From NCBI GenBank assembly GCA_051294905.1, contig CM119372.1:35652001-35716000 (forward strand): a DNA stretch of 64,000 nucleotides, read 5' to 3'. Position numbers and translations under genes: made by a program. The first letter of the stretch is position 1, and every line of letters starts with the position of its first letter. This document shows positions 12,355-25,848 of this stretch, in pieces. This DNA is from Botryllus schlosseri (taxonomy: Eukaryota). The notes beneath the pieces are model-generated. The model was not told the DNA's origin. It saw only the letters and a program-made list of their open reading frames with translations, and made no database searches.

Positions 12355-13341
12355 CTTCGCGCACAGTAGTTATGGAGTGACAAATATGTTTTCACAAAAA
12401 TATCGGTGAATATAATTTAGGTACCGTATTGCCTGGTATCCCTAACACCGTATTGTCGCCCATATCAAATATTTCATCACAGTAAATATGGCCCACTATA
12501 ACGTTTGAAACTACCGTTTCGCAATCTATCAATTACCTATCATATCGTAATCTAGCAGCCCATGACGTGTCCTACTATTCGGGAGAATCCGGCTTTTTTA
12601 ACGTCACAGCTGTTTTAGCAGACCACCTTTGAAGCTTAATGGACAAGAGACATGAAATATATTTCCGTTTTTTAGAACAGGTAGGCTATTTGTAGTTCTC
12701 TTTTATTTCCCAGTATCATACTTTCAGTTCTAATTAATTTGTCCGGATAACATACATGTTTAAGTATAAAAGCAAGTGCAGTATAATGCCTTTAATTTTC
12801 GGAAATAAAGCTACACACGGCATTTTTACGATTCATCATATTTTTTAACGTTTAGTAATCGCGCAAAATGTTTACACCGTATCCAATGCGATTTCTCCGT
12901 ATTGCTCCTCAACCAAACTACATGCCTTATAATATTGGGGAGGGCGCCATACCATGACATTTTCTAAAACGGGTTGTTCGAGTAAACAGAGGATTAGCAT
13001 CGCATTTCCATAATATTACTATTATTTTCATCCCATGATGCGGACGAATGCTTATGCTGTCTAAAATTGGATACCTCCTGGTATGCATCAATATGAATCA
13101 AGCTCTGCACATTTCGCATAGCTCAATTTGCAGCTTTTGACAGTTCATGCGAACGAATTACGGTCGTTTTCGCAACTCCTTACTTACTTGAATAGATTTA
13201 AGGTCAGCCAATTCTACTTCTACTTCGAGTAGTTTTAGGTTGCTTGTGAAATAAGTACCTCTACTCGTACTTGAGTAGAATTTTTCGTTGCTACTTCTAC
13301 TTCCACTTGAGTAGCTTTCTTGACTACTTTGACAACCTCTG
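12355..13341. mobile_element. Partial copy of the 7077-8357 MITE family
   Basis: Colinear similarity to 7352-8357, from CGCGCACAGTAG to TTTGACAACCTCTG. Confidence 0.85.
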
Positions 13342-15567
13342 ATAGAGAGACCTAAGATCTAACTAACTATACATATATAAGGAGGCAGCAGAATGCCAAT
13401 GGTCGCCATGTCGATCTGCTTCGATAGCAAAATCCACTACGATACGAACTTTTGATACACTACGATTCCTCATGACAGTTTGATTGTTTGTTGCTTCCGT
13501 GGCGTTCCAAGTCGCAAGTCTTCTAATTTTAACGTTTGAACCGACTCAACTCGAGCCATTTTCATTTATCACTCAGTCAGTCAGAGTTCGAGCAATATGC
13601 TATTTGCAGGACTTCAATCACGTAGGCTAACTCGATACGCATAGCAACCAGAAATAGGTTAGCACGCTACTGGAGCCTGATTTTGGATGGAAGATATGAC
13701 AAGAAGAGCAGGGACACGTAAGTATCAGGATATTCTGTCTGCTGGTTTGAGTGCTGGCGTGCTGCAATAAAACAATGTCGCTGTACACATCAGAAGTATA
13801 TTTTGGGATAGCCTGCCATCAATACCAAACAAAGCAGTGCACTTCATTGTTGCCTTATAGAATGCTGATTTTATTAGCACTACTGCGCAACTGCGACTGA
13901 AGTGGATTTGGAAAATCACACGCGATTTTGATAAATAGTTGATGTCACATGTGCGCTATTTAGGAGTATCAAATTAATCTAAGAGCAGCTCAACCGCAGT
14001 GACAAGATCGGTCATCCTATACCCAGAGGTGGTCAACGTTTTCATTGTTGGTAACCGAGTAGAAGTAGAAGTAACGCCGTCATTTATACTCCAGTACAAG
14101 TAGAACTAATTACTTTCAAGACATGTCAAAAGTACTTCAAGTGGAGTAGAAATGAATTTCTGATAAGTAGTCCAGAATTTCTTCACATGAAGTAGATTTT
14201 GTTGAGGTTCGCTTGGTATTGGAAATTTATGCCGGGTGACAAGTGTTAACATTGCACGGTGTAACTTCTTGGTCAACGCAAAAGAGTAATGGCACTACAA
14301 AGAGGTGCATGAAGTTCAGGATAGTTAGTCAGTGGTCAGATCCTCCACTGATATTTTCTGTTGGCATGAAACCACACTGTCTTTTACCTCATTTTATGTG
14401 GTGATCATATTTGGCTCCAGGCTGAATTCTTGGCGAGGGCATCATCAATTTTTAAGTTTCGTATACATGTAGTAAAGCCATGTCTTGAAACCCAAAATAT
14501 ATTTGCAATCTGCCAAACAGTAAATTAATCCAATCCTTGCAAGGAAGCAAGTAATCCAGGCCTCGAGACAGTTTGTTGCACCATCAATTGGAGCTGAGGA
14601 TCATTATTCTTTGTGTAGTGGCTCTTGGCAGCATGACAGAATTATCAATAACTTGTAATATAGGTATAGTGGTCTAAATATTTGAATTGTTCAACTGAGA
14701 AGCCATACAATAGCATAGGATGTTTAATATATATATATGTTGTATGTAGCACATTCTATGAATTCCTAACACGCCAACGTACTGGCAACGTCAACGTACT
14801 ACCGTATTGTCTCTTCAGGCTTAAAAATATGGAAATCCTCTATGTATTGCAATCGATAACAATCTTCAAAATACTGCCATGATTACCAACAACCGCTACA
14901 ATACAACTATAGTATAGTATACTAACCACACCTAACTTAATGCTGCAATAAATATCACGCAGTCGATCTCGTGCAGTATCGAATTTTGTGTCATAAAATC
15001 ATAGTTGACTACCAATTAACGGTTACAATATCGATCACAAGGAGTTTACATAGTTTTTGAATCAAAGACATCCAACACAGCAGTTGAATCCGTGTGCATT
15101 TCCATGACACTATTTTAAAACGTTTGCATCCCGAAAACGATAATATACTACATCCTAAATACGGCTACGTCAACGAGGGATTACTGCGTAATTCTGACGA
15201 TATCATTCTGAATGCTCTGTACAGGATTGATATCTAGCATAGGTAAATCTCTGACGACTTCCACAACAAACTTCCGAAATGTTTACAACCAGAAATCAGC
15301 AGTACAGTATGCTATATTTAGCAGTAGCGAGAAAGTAGCGTGCCAACCAATTTCTGGCTGCTGTGCGTATCGAGTCAAGTGATCGAAGTCCTGCAAATAG
15401 CCTATTCCACGAATGAACGGCGTGCGAACGACGCGCATAAGTCGAAGTGACAATTTTCAGTCACGAATGATCAAAGGGTCATGTTTCATCATCATGAAGG
15501 TTTCGTGTATCAGCAGATTTTCGACCGCGTGGTAGCTTTTGAAGTGTTATCATACTGAGGTTTGATG

Positions 15568-15937
15568 GGAAGCGAGTGGCGCAGTGTGCAAAGCGATACC
15601 GTCACGACACCAATGGTTATTGGTTCGGGTCTCGGCTCTATCAAGTTTCTATGTGTCGGAGGTTTATCTGGGCTCCTCGTCGCCGACCTCACTGCAATTT
15701 CAGTGACTTAAAAAGCCCAGAAAGTACATAGAGCCGAGCTTGAAAGTCGGCAACAATGATCCAATGGTGGAAGGCGCGTGGAGGAGAGAGTGCAACTAAA
15801 GTCGACACGAAAAAATGCATTGCAATGTTGAAATTACAATTGTGCTGTTGAAATTGCCCTCGTGCCATTGTTGTGGAGCACATAGCCTCATAAGGCTATA
15901 AGCTTGACTGTCGTACCTTATCAATACAATACAATAT
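15568..15937 (+). mobile_element. tRNA-derived SINE
   Basis: A-box TGGCGCAGTG, B-box-like GGTTCGGGTC, (CAATA)n tail. 12-bp TSD TGAGGTTTGATG (15556-15567 and 15938-15949). Confidence 0.88.
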
Positions 15938-16100
15938 TGAGGTTTGATGAGTAGATTAAGGATTTTGGACAGTTTTTGAGTGAATTCCTAGTTCTGATAT
16001 CTGAAACAGATATGCGACAGTTCAATTGTCGGATACTTGAAAATCCAAAGTGTCAACGCGGGTCGCACAACATGTTCTTGATGGCCGCGTGTTTGAGACC

Positions 16101-16267
16101 CCCGATCAAGACCAACGAAGGTCACGTCGAGTCGAGTGAACGCGTAGTAGTTTCTGAGGAGTGCGACGAAAAGTCGCAATGCCACCTCGCGGCTTCTAAT
16201 TCCTGGTTTGGTTATCCATGTGGTGGCACATTCAAGTACCAGGAATAGGAAGTCAAATCACAAATGA
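16101..16267 (+). pseudogene. Orphan degenerate copy of the last lectin exon
   Basis: PIKTNEGHVESSERVVVSEECDEKSQCHLAASNSWFGYPCGGTFKYQE* aligns with exon 41043-41217 (SIKTNRCHAESSERVVSEACEGNSQCRLVASNTVFGDPCGGTFKYLQ). One Cys lost, DPC changed to YPC, premature stop. Confidence 0.88.
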
Positions 16268-18007
16268 CGCATTATATCTTTCCCTGATTTTGTAGTAGTC
16301 GAAGTCGCGATTTCAAATGTGTCGAATTTGCTCAAGGTGGGAGTATCAAATAAAAGATCCGTAATGTATTCAAGTAGCCTAAGTAGTTTCAAGGGTGGTA
16401 AACCTATGGCTGTTTCATTGATGTGATATGACTCTCCGATAAATTTGGATTTCGCAGCCACTGCGATTTTGCAATCAACCAATATTGCTGCAACGTTTGT
16501 AAAACGGCGGGGATATATTTTCGCGAAGTCAATAAAGTGACGTATCTTGGGTATCTTAGGGACTCTGATACCCTTTTTCAAAATGAGCAAATTTATGCCA
16601 AATATTGCCTGCTCTGTGTGTTTGCGCAGATTCGTTAAAAATTAGAGGAAACATTGGCGGTGATCGTGAAGTATTGCAATTGGAGTCAGGAAGGGGAATT
16701 TTAAACTTTCCGTGCGACTACTTTATACCAATTATGCGAGGCGTTATGGAATTTTTATTTTGTGACGACTATTCTTTACCAATTACAAGGGACTGAAGTC
16801 AATAAAGTGATGTACTCGGGGTATTTTAAAGGCTCTGATACCCTTTTTCAAAATCATAAAAGTTATGTCCAATTATGCCAGCTGACAATCGCTCATTTGC
16901 TAGTCCACCGGGGATGCCTCGACTCCCGAGTAGGGAAAATTCCTATATGGCACCCTTCTAGTTATGCATTTAAGTAAGGACTGACAATATGTTGCAATGT
17001 GTAGCTGTACAATAAAGCAACTGCTCATCATCTATTCTTGATACGAGGATCTGATATAACCAATGCATCCTGCTGCTCACAATCAGATGTTAATTTTTGA
17101 GACACCTACACTATTTTAGATCACAATTATCTATACTACAGTGGCACTAATCAAGCGTCGATACAAAGCGCACTGACGACAATTTAAATTCAAGTAATTT
17201 TTATAACAAAGACAGGATAATGCAGTGACTTGGACTTCGCCTTGACAGTATGACGAGGTAGAGTGCGTGTCTCTAGCTCGCCGCGAGTGATTATGATGAC
17301 AGAAGTTGGTATTGATATAGCTTGGAAGTATTTGCTTACCCTACAAAGAGCAACTCCTTTGGTGACACGGCCAGTTTTCCAAGTTGTTACTTTTTCACGC
17401 GCATCCCCATATTGTGAGGACAGGAATATTCGGCATTGGCCATTTCTGCGCGTAGAAACATCAGGAATGAATGTTGCAGCCAGCATGACGCAAGAGAATT
17501 GTACTACAGATTCATTCCCGCCGGTGATATTGACTCTGCACTTCGCGTTGTCGCATGCTAATCGAACCGTGTGGTAGTGTTAAGCACTTGTGCATCGCCA
17601 AAATGAAGTGGCGGGAATCGCGGTGACGTGTCGAATATATTCACGCTTCCACCGGTTCATTCCTGGACTGAATCATCCAAACGGCCGCAAGCCACAGAAA
17701 CGCCATCTCTTTCGGTATTTGCAATTGCCAACATTGTTTGATTCATTTCTGCAAATTATGACTGTTTTCTAGGAGTGTAGCTGTATGAAAATCAGTAAAT
17801 CTCGCGACTTCAAATCAGGTGAAGTGCGGACTTTTTTCAAGTTTAGGAGAATCCGCCACAAAATATACCATTTCAGATTGAGTTACGAAATACATTTTGC
17901 CCACCGGGTATCGGGACGCGGCAGTTACGGCGCTTATCGTTGCCGCAATTGCTTACTATCACCTATAGTAAAGCTATACATCGCCATTGAAATGCTATAC
18001 AATTGAC

Positions 18008-19823
18008 GAAATCGGATTTCATTTGATAAGGACATATACGCTCATGCAGTTCTTGCTTCAGTAACACTTCAATAATCGTATTTTAAATCTGACTGTATGT
18101 CTTGATACTAATGAATGCATTGCCGGCATTAGGCCGTCACATCAGTGTTTAACAGAGTAGGCCTACACCAGGGGTGAGCAACCTGCGGCTGTAGAAGGAA
18201 ATTTGTGCAGCCGTCGAGACGTAATTCAATTAGTTGATCTTGATGGTCTTCGACAGACTAATTGAATCTTCAATTTGACTTCCGATTTTAATTAACCTTG
18301 AAATTTTCTTTGCGCTACGAGCGATTCAATAAAACTTCATTTTTCGATTTCATTCATAGCTGTAACCGTGAGGTATTACAATTAGGGTATGAAAGTGTTA
18401 TTTTAAACTTCCCGGGTAGACTACTCTTTGCCAATTATGCGAGGCGTTATGGAATGTCTATTTCGTAGCGACTACCATTTACCAATTATACGGGACTTTC
18501 CACTTTGGCATTGTAAGAAGATAATTTGTCGAAATAGCCTAGCCCACAATTTGGGGTCGGTGGCGTGGTCATGGAACGAAAGTATCATTGAATTGAATAT
18601 GTCACCCGCAATTTGTCAACGAGAATATTGCGAGTTGATCGGGGTTTAAAACTGCACAGTGTATTTGTGACGTCCGGGTATTGGCAGTAATCAAACGAAG
18701 CGACGCCATCTCGGTAGAAACCCGAGTCCTCTGAGAAACGCCATCTCCTCTCTCCATTCGAAGAGCAAGTTCTCGTTCCTCCTCCCTAAATTATATGGTA
18801 TTTGCACCCATGAGTGTCGCATTCCCTAGTTAAAAATATAAATGCGTGACTTTTGTGTTTGTCTTTTTAATCTGAGTTGGACAGTGTGTTAATTTGTGTG
18901 CCTGCGAATAACAATTCATTGCTGCGCAATGCACATAATGATTAATCAATAGGGCTTTGCAAACGTTGATCATGAAATGCTGCGACTGTGTGCATTGTTG
19001 GCCGTTGAATTACAGCAGCTTCTCAGCAGAAAAAGTCTGATTTTATCTATTAGTTTGAACGGGAATCTTCTATACTCCAATGAACTTGGTGGCCACTGTA
19101 CAGCCTGGTAACATATACACTAATATCAAATGTCAACGATTTACTCATTTGGCAGAAATCGGATTTTAATTGATAAGGCCATAAGCTCATATAGTTCTTG
19201 CTTCAGCAGTCACACGTGAGTCATCGTATTTTAAATCTGAATGTATCTCTTGATAGTGATGAGTGCATTGCCGGTATCACGATGTCATAACAATTTTTTA
19301 ACACGTTAGGCCTATACCAAGGGTGGCCTGCCTGTGGCTGTAGTAGGAAATATGTGCGGCATTCGACACGTATTTCAATTAATATGCGTTGGGGGCCGCC
19401 GACATACTAATTTAATTTACGAATTGACTTCCGATTTTGATTAAACTTGAAATTCTCTTCGCGGTATCGGCGATTCAATGCGACTTCATTTTTCGATTTC
19501 ATTCATAGCTGTAACCGTGAAGTATTACAATTAGAGCCAGAATGATGAATTTCAAACTTTCCGGGGCGACTACTCTTTACCAATTATGCGAGGCGTTGTG
19601 GAATTTCTATTTTGTAGCCAATACCCTTTACCAATTATACGGGACTTTCCACTTTGACACTCTGGGAACAGATTACGTCGAAATATCCTTGCCCACAATT
19701 TGGGTGCGGTGGCATAGTCATGGAAGAAAAGTCTCATATATGTCACCGGCGATTTGTCAACGCGAATATTGCGACATTATCGGGGTTCAATACTACACAG
19801 TGTATTTGAGACGTCGGGGTATT
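18008..19823 (+). repeat. Diverged direct duplication (~670-bp units at 18008-18683 and 19155-19823) including a hAT terminus
   Basis: Both units start GAAATCGGATTT and end GACGTCSGGGTATTG. Partial third copy at ~16660-16790. Each contains the start of the 52799 family. Confidence 0.85.
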
Positions 19824-20679
19824 GTTAAAAATCGCCCCGCAAAACAATGTTTTATCTGCCGGTCCTAATTTTTTATATTGGGCACGCAGCTATTTTAGGT
19901 AAAGCATCATAGGCCTCCAAGATATGCTGCTGCTTTCTGGTAAAAATAAGAGTCGTGTATCGATCGTAATGTTAAATCTAGGGTGTTCAAAACTTTCATG
20001 CTTTGAATGCTTTTCCCTGCAGCAATTCCAACGGATAAGCAACGCACAAATCGATGCTCGTATGCTCTCTGTTGAATGTTTCACAAGAACCGATTAAGCT
20101 GATTGAAGGATTCCAGATGCGCATTCAAGGTTACTACTAATGGTTAAGAACCTACCGAAGTAGAAGGAGCCCCCATTACCCAGGCATATAGAAGAAACAC
20201 TAAATATTGGATAATCAGCGACCACTAGCAGGCATATTTTGACAAACACGGTAGGAATTTGGTATGGATTGGTCCCCAACTCCAATCCCGCTTGGACACG
20301 CAACTGCCGTCATCAAGGTATAAAAATTTTTGATACCAACTACTTATTTTCTAATTTATTTAAAAGTAGGAATGATCGACCTACTTTTTACATCGCAACT
20401 TCTACCTGTATACCTTATTAGGAACGCTGATTAGTTTTTGGTCACCTTTTCCATTTTTTGCATGCTCAAATGTGAGGCAACCATTTTGCACGCATCTTTA
20501 CCATTACAGTGTTTTCGCACGTCACCGAACTTTCTGTTCTTACATTGTGCATGTCGAACCTACTCGACACGACTGTGAGTGCGTGTTTGGTCATTCCATT
20601 GAGCCCTCGCGGAAAGCAGGTTTTTGCAAATGTCAGATGCATTATCTACGTCTGCGTGTCTGGAATATTATGTAGTTAG

Positions 20680-21621
20680 TAGGGATGGTGTGAACGTGAG
20701 GTTCACGTTCGCGTTCTGTGTGTGAACCTCAGAAATTTAGAAGTTCACGTTCACAAACGAACCTTGGTAGGTTCTGACTGTGAACCTTTTTCATGTATTA
20801 CAATTTTCACTTCATTATAACATTATTGGTTGAAATGTATTGCATTTCAACTGCGGGCCACTATATGCATGGCGCTGGCAGCATAAAAATATCAACACTA
20901 AACGAGCACGCACCTTGACAATCTCAAAAATGTTACTTGCTTTGTTTCAGAAGTTCGATCGGATATTTAGTCACTCTCTGCTGTGAGCTTGACCCGCAAT
21001 CAAGAGCGAAATACACTACATGTAGGTAGCTGGTATCGTTGTCTGATGTGAAAATCTAGCCGGAGTATGGGGTATGATTTCATATGTTTATTGTAGCACA
21101 AAAACCGAATCAGTGCGATTGGAGCGTTGGCTACTGCTGTATAACTTGTTTATGGGGTAATATCGGTAGCAGGTATAGGAATCTGTCTTACACTATCCTT
21201 GATATCAACGTAGCAATACTCAGACGCCGAATACATTTGTCTGGTCTGGCCTAGACCGTTAAGGCGTAAGCTTATATTCCCTTGCAAGTCCTTGTCGAAA
21301 TTGTTGGCAAAGCGACGGAAGATATTGATTTTATGTGATTAATATATCAATTGATTGCCCCAGTTGATATATTTGACGACGTTTAAAACGTCAATATGTA
21401 GGCTACTTCAGCATTGCGGCTTTCTGTGGCCCGACTCGTCGCTAGGCATCGTGTACAATAATATAAGCTATCACTTCACTGAAATGTAGGGTGTTAATGT
21501 AGGAATTCGCAATATGACGTCACCTGACGTCATGAGGTTCGCGTTCGCGTTCACACAGAACCTTTCAGAAAGGTTCGCGTTCACACGAACCTGAACCTTT
21601 TAGAGGTTCACACCATCCCTA
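20680..21621. mobile_element. Young hAT (Ac-like) MITE, copy 1
   Basis: TIR TAGGGATGGTGTGAAC, perfect TSD GTAGTTAG, GTGAAC/GTTCAC subterminal repeats. Near-identical inverted copy at 43375-44311. Confidence 0.95.
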
Positions 21622-21803
21622 GTAGTTAGTTAGGTACGCATGCATGATGCAGGCAGTACGAGAAGGTACGTAGGCAGCCGGTGAAGTTCCTGCTTAGTAG
21701 TAAAGATTGTACGAACTTTCGGTCCATATTTTTGCTCAGTATGTAGACCGCACCAATCCAAATACGAATTGCCAAAATAACCACAGTATGTATATGTCAT
21801 CAT

Positions 21804-22389
21804 CAGGGTTGTAACCAAGTCACAAAGCACCGAGTCACAAGTCAATCTCACTTTTATAGTTTTGACTCGAGTCAAGTCGAGTCATTTTCAATTCACCATC
21901 GAGTCAAGTCCGAGTCCAAGTCAGTGAAAAGAGGGTCAAGTCCGAGTCACAGTATTATGACTCGAGTCGAGTCCAAGTCATTGTGTTGACTGCTCAGTTT
22001 CTTGTTAAAGTCTTGTTAAAAACCCACTTTTATAAGTCTATTTGGTGGAATCGAATGTTTCAATGTTATAATATACCAATTTACCTATCTTTTAGCAATT
22101 TCTGGTCACATTTTCAAGTACCAGTACCAACAGACGAAATCCCAATAGTGTGTTGGCTTCGGAATTATAATGAAATGCCGGTCTTGGCTGTCTCAGTCTC
22201 GAGTCAATGACTTGACTCGAGTCATGCACAATGACTCGAGTCCAAGTCGAGTCAATACACAGATTGACTCGAGTCGAGTCGAGTCATTTCCCTATTTTGG
22301 AAAAATGACTCGAGTCAAGTCGAGTCATCAGAAAAGCGTGACTCGAGTCTGACTCGAGTCGAGTCATGGCTCGAGTCATTACAACCCTG
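21804..22389. mobile_element. hAT MITE with TGACTCGAGTCA arrays
   Basis: TIR CAGGGTTGTAA, perfect TSD GTCATCAT. Inverted relative at 39235-39771. Confidence 0.93.
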
Positions 22390-24350
22390 GTCATCATACA
22401 CCGGGAACATGTTGGTGAAATATAACATCTGTACATTTCTACAGTCATCGCGAGATTTTGGATAAGAATTCGTTGGATTTCACCATTCATATATCATCAT
22501 GATTTTAGATATAATTGTTTGCACTCTTACGCTATTCTCGCTGTAAATGATAACTTGACTTTCTCTCGTCAATGCCATACACGCTATTTCATTTCAATGG
22601 ATTTTCGACTTTAATTTAAGGGTACCATCAGTATAATTAAAAGTATCGTATGATGTAAAATGACGTGCTGGAAATTCCCCATGTCGTCACCCTCATCGGC
22701 TCCACCGGTTACATTGATAACGTAGACTGAGAGAGAGTAAAAATAGTTAACTATACAAATATCAATACTATTGACAAAAGGCGTTGAACACCTTTAGTGA
22801 AATTCCACGATTTGCGTGTTTCAACACCACAAATCTGGGGTTGGCCGATAGAAATAAATACATAAGTCTTGCGTACTCAAATTGCGTCATCCCGGGACTT
22901 ATCCGATACACAAAGAGGAAGTGTCTGTCAAAGAGCTTTGTGTATAAAAGGAGTTGTGCTGAAAGCGCGGAGTATGGGGGCTCATGTCCATCCTATGCTG
23001 TTGCTGTTCAGATCATAGACAGCGTGTACGAGAAATTTTATCGAAATCTCAAGAGGTACGAGCCCATAATAGTTTATGAAGCACTGATCTAGAGCGAAAT
23101 ATTGAGAATGTCGTAGCGCACTATTGCAGCGTCAGCTGCACCTTATGCAACCATACCATCAATGATAAATGGGTGCCGGGGTACTATGTCTATATCTTTG
23201 GTATCACATACGTCGAGAAAGGCCGGCGGTATCAAATTTGAGTAAAGCGAGAGACCGGCAATCATCCAAGATCTGCTCAGGACCTTTGCCAACACAGTTT
23301 TATATTGTCATAGTGAGAAGATTCGCTCCACGTAAGTTTTGATCTGGTCAAATCGTCATAGGTGATATGTTACAAAGATATTCGACCTTTGGCAAATCGC
23401 ACCTACGCTGCCAACACTGATACATAAAATGCGCGGACAGTTGGCTGTAAATCGATCGCTCATGAAAACAATGGGCATTGAGATTTCATGTGCACGTGTG
23501 TTTCGCGTCATTCTTACTTGAGAGCATAAGACTGTTGTTTCCAGCGCATGGGTCGCGACTCGCGTCCCGAAGTTGGATCATTTCATCGTTTTCGGGGTCG
23601 CTTGTTTTCAGGCATTTTGTAGCTGACCCGAAATAACAATAAAAGTATTTCAAAACATTCTGCGGCCATCTCACGCAATGGCACTTTGAATAAGGGCTGT
23701 GCAATCGGTTCACTTTACCATCGACTCGAACTTCGACTCGACTTCGAAATTATTCAGTATCGCGTGCGGCAACTTTCCAAACAATGACTCCGAGTTCATC
23801 TCCGACCCTTTTTGACCCATAACTCTGACTGCGACATTTCTCTAAATCTAATCGAATTTCCATCGCATTTTAGACATTTACGGTTCGCAGAAATAAATAA
23901 AAAAAACATAGTATCAGGAAGAAATTAAGTTTTTGAAAGTCTGTCTCCAAACGAAAAAGCTAATAACTACAACTTCCGCAGAACTATGTAGTAAAATTTA
24001 CCAACATTTGTTTGAAGTCTAAAATTTAGATTGTTAGGTTATTGAAATCGAACACAGATGATTTAATGGGTTGCTGTTAAAACGTCTTTGGAATCACTGG
24101 CACAAGATAGCTACATCATATTTTGTGCTGGATACGGTTCCCGATAGCCGATAGTTATCCAGTTGTTTTTTCATAATATTCAATTCATGTTTTATGTAAG
24201 AGTGTCCCGCGACTTTTCAAGATGGCCCCCACACATAAAAATAAAAAAGTAGCCTCACGGGCTACACGCTGTAGGCATGGTAGTTTCATACAGTCAATTT
24301 TTGATTTGTTTATTATTATTGGCGTATAAACTGACAATTTTCACGTAATG

Positions 24351-25042
24351 CAGTGGTTCCCAAACTGTTTCAGCTTGTGGCACACTAGAAAAGTCGTAAA
24401 ACTCTCGCGGCACACTTGGTCCGAGAAAATATGTTTAAAAAAAGATCGATGTTTTTTTTTATTACATGAACAGAACATATACAAATAGAAAGGAGGATGA
24501 ATTGTTCACAAACTTACCCGCATTTTGTAATGGAAATCCCCAGATAATAAAACTATTTGTGAATATGGCGAACAAAACCACTTGCGTTGTAATCGCCAAA
24601 CAAATTTAATCAACAACAGGCATTATGTCATTAATTCCAAGCAGTGTCTCTCGTTTGTAGCTTTTAATTTCACTAAAAAAGAAAAGTCATCTCCCCCTAG
24701 CCATGACGACTCAAATTTTATTACAATATTGATTGTTTTTGCATCGATCATGGAATAGAAGGTGCTAGCAGACAGCTTAAAATCACCCAATTTCTTTTGA
24801 AGAAATAGTTTTGAATGTTTAAATAAATTACCTACTTTTCTGCAAAAAGATGGCTTGATTTATTAGGATTCAATAACTGATTTCATTGTCACTTGTGCTT
24901 ATTTATCAGCCGTTGAAGAAGTTAAAGCGCCTTTAAGTCTTCAGGTCTTTTTCGAAGTATTTATATAGTACTTTTCCAAAACTCCAAAAATGTTCGCGGC
25001 ACACCTGAGAATCTGTGGCGGCACACAGTTTTGGAATCACTG
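24351..25042. mobile_element. hAT (Buster-like) MITE
   Basis: Termini CAGTGGTTCCCAAAC...TTTGGAATCACTG, TSD ACGTAATG/ACGTATTG. Confidence 0.85.
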
Positions 25043-25129
25043 ACGTATTGTCTTACAGTTATACATCGCTTATCGTAATATCACTCGTTTTTTTAATTAC
25101 CTCACTATATATATAGGTAGGTATTAGGA

Positions 25130-25848
25130 CAGTGGTTCTCAGCCGGGGGTCCGCGAAGCATTTTCAGGGGGTCCGCGAGACCTCTAAATTTGCAAAATGG
25201 TGGAAACATATTTTCTATTTTTTTTTCTAATTTGGGAAATCACGAGGCAGTTTCACATTATTACTACTATAACTTCATGACTCTCATAATCAGCATGGCC
25301 GTCGGAGATCAAATATCCTACAGTGCAAACTCAATTCAATTGCCAACAGCCTATACTGATACAAACATATTGCTGTTAAGAGATGTTTTGTTTCGTGTTG
25401 TGGAAAAATACCAAGTTGGATTAGTAAGATCTATCAGGGTGACTTCGAATTATTTGCAACCAACCACATTCTGCTGTGACAGTGGTTCTCAAACTAGGAT
25501 GAGGTGAAAGCATCTGAAAGGGGACGCAAAGCCGTAGTCAACTGAAAAAATTGCCGATTTATATATCATTAGTAGTTATTGCTTTGTGTATATTGTATAA
25601 CTTCGATTTTCATATTTGAGAATTCTCTCTTCGACAGCCATAACCTTCCATGCCATCAAATTATCCGTTGGGATTGTTGGCATTCTGGTTGCTTTATCGC
25701 TGGCATAAGGCCGATATATTTGCACAAGAAAAATAACGGTTAGGCCTACTCGATAATCAAGCTGAATTTGATCTAAAAATTGGGGGTCCGCGGGGTTCGA
25801 TGACAGTCCCAAGGGGGTCCGTGGAGACAAAAAGGGTGAGATCCACTG
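25130..25848. mobile_element. hAT (Buster/Charlie-like) MITE
   Basis: Termini CAGTGGTTCTCA...GAGATCCACTG, GGGGTCCGCG repeats, TSD TATTAGGA/TATTAGGG. Confidence 0.85.

Noticed and set aside
14200..14660. Possible coding relic downstream of a CAGAGGTGGTCA terminus
   Set aside because: All frames are broken and no motif was recognised with confidence.
21830..22380. Repeated GACTCGAGTC units as a CRISPR-like array
   Set aside because: Irregular spacing, no unique spacers, enclosed by TIRs and an 8-bp TSD, in a eukaryotic context: MITE subterminal repeats.
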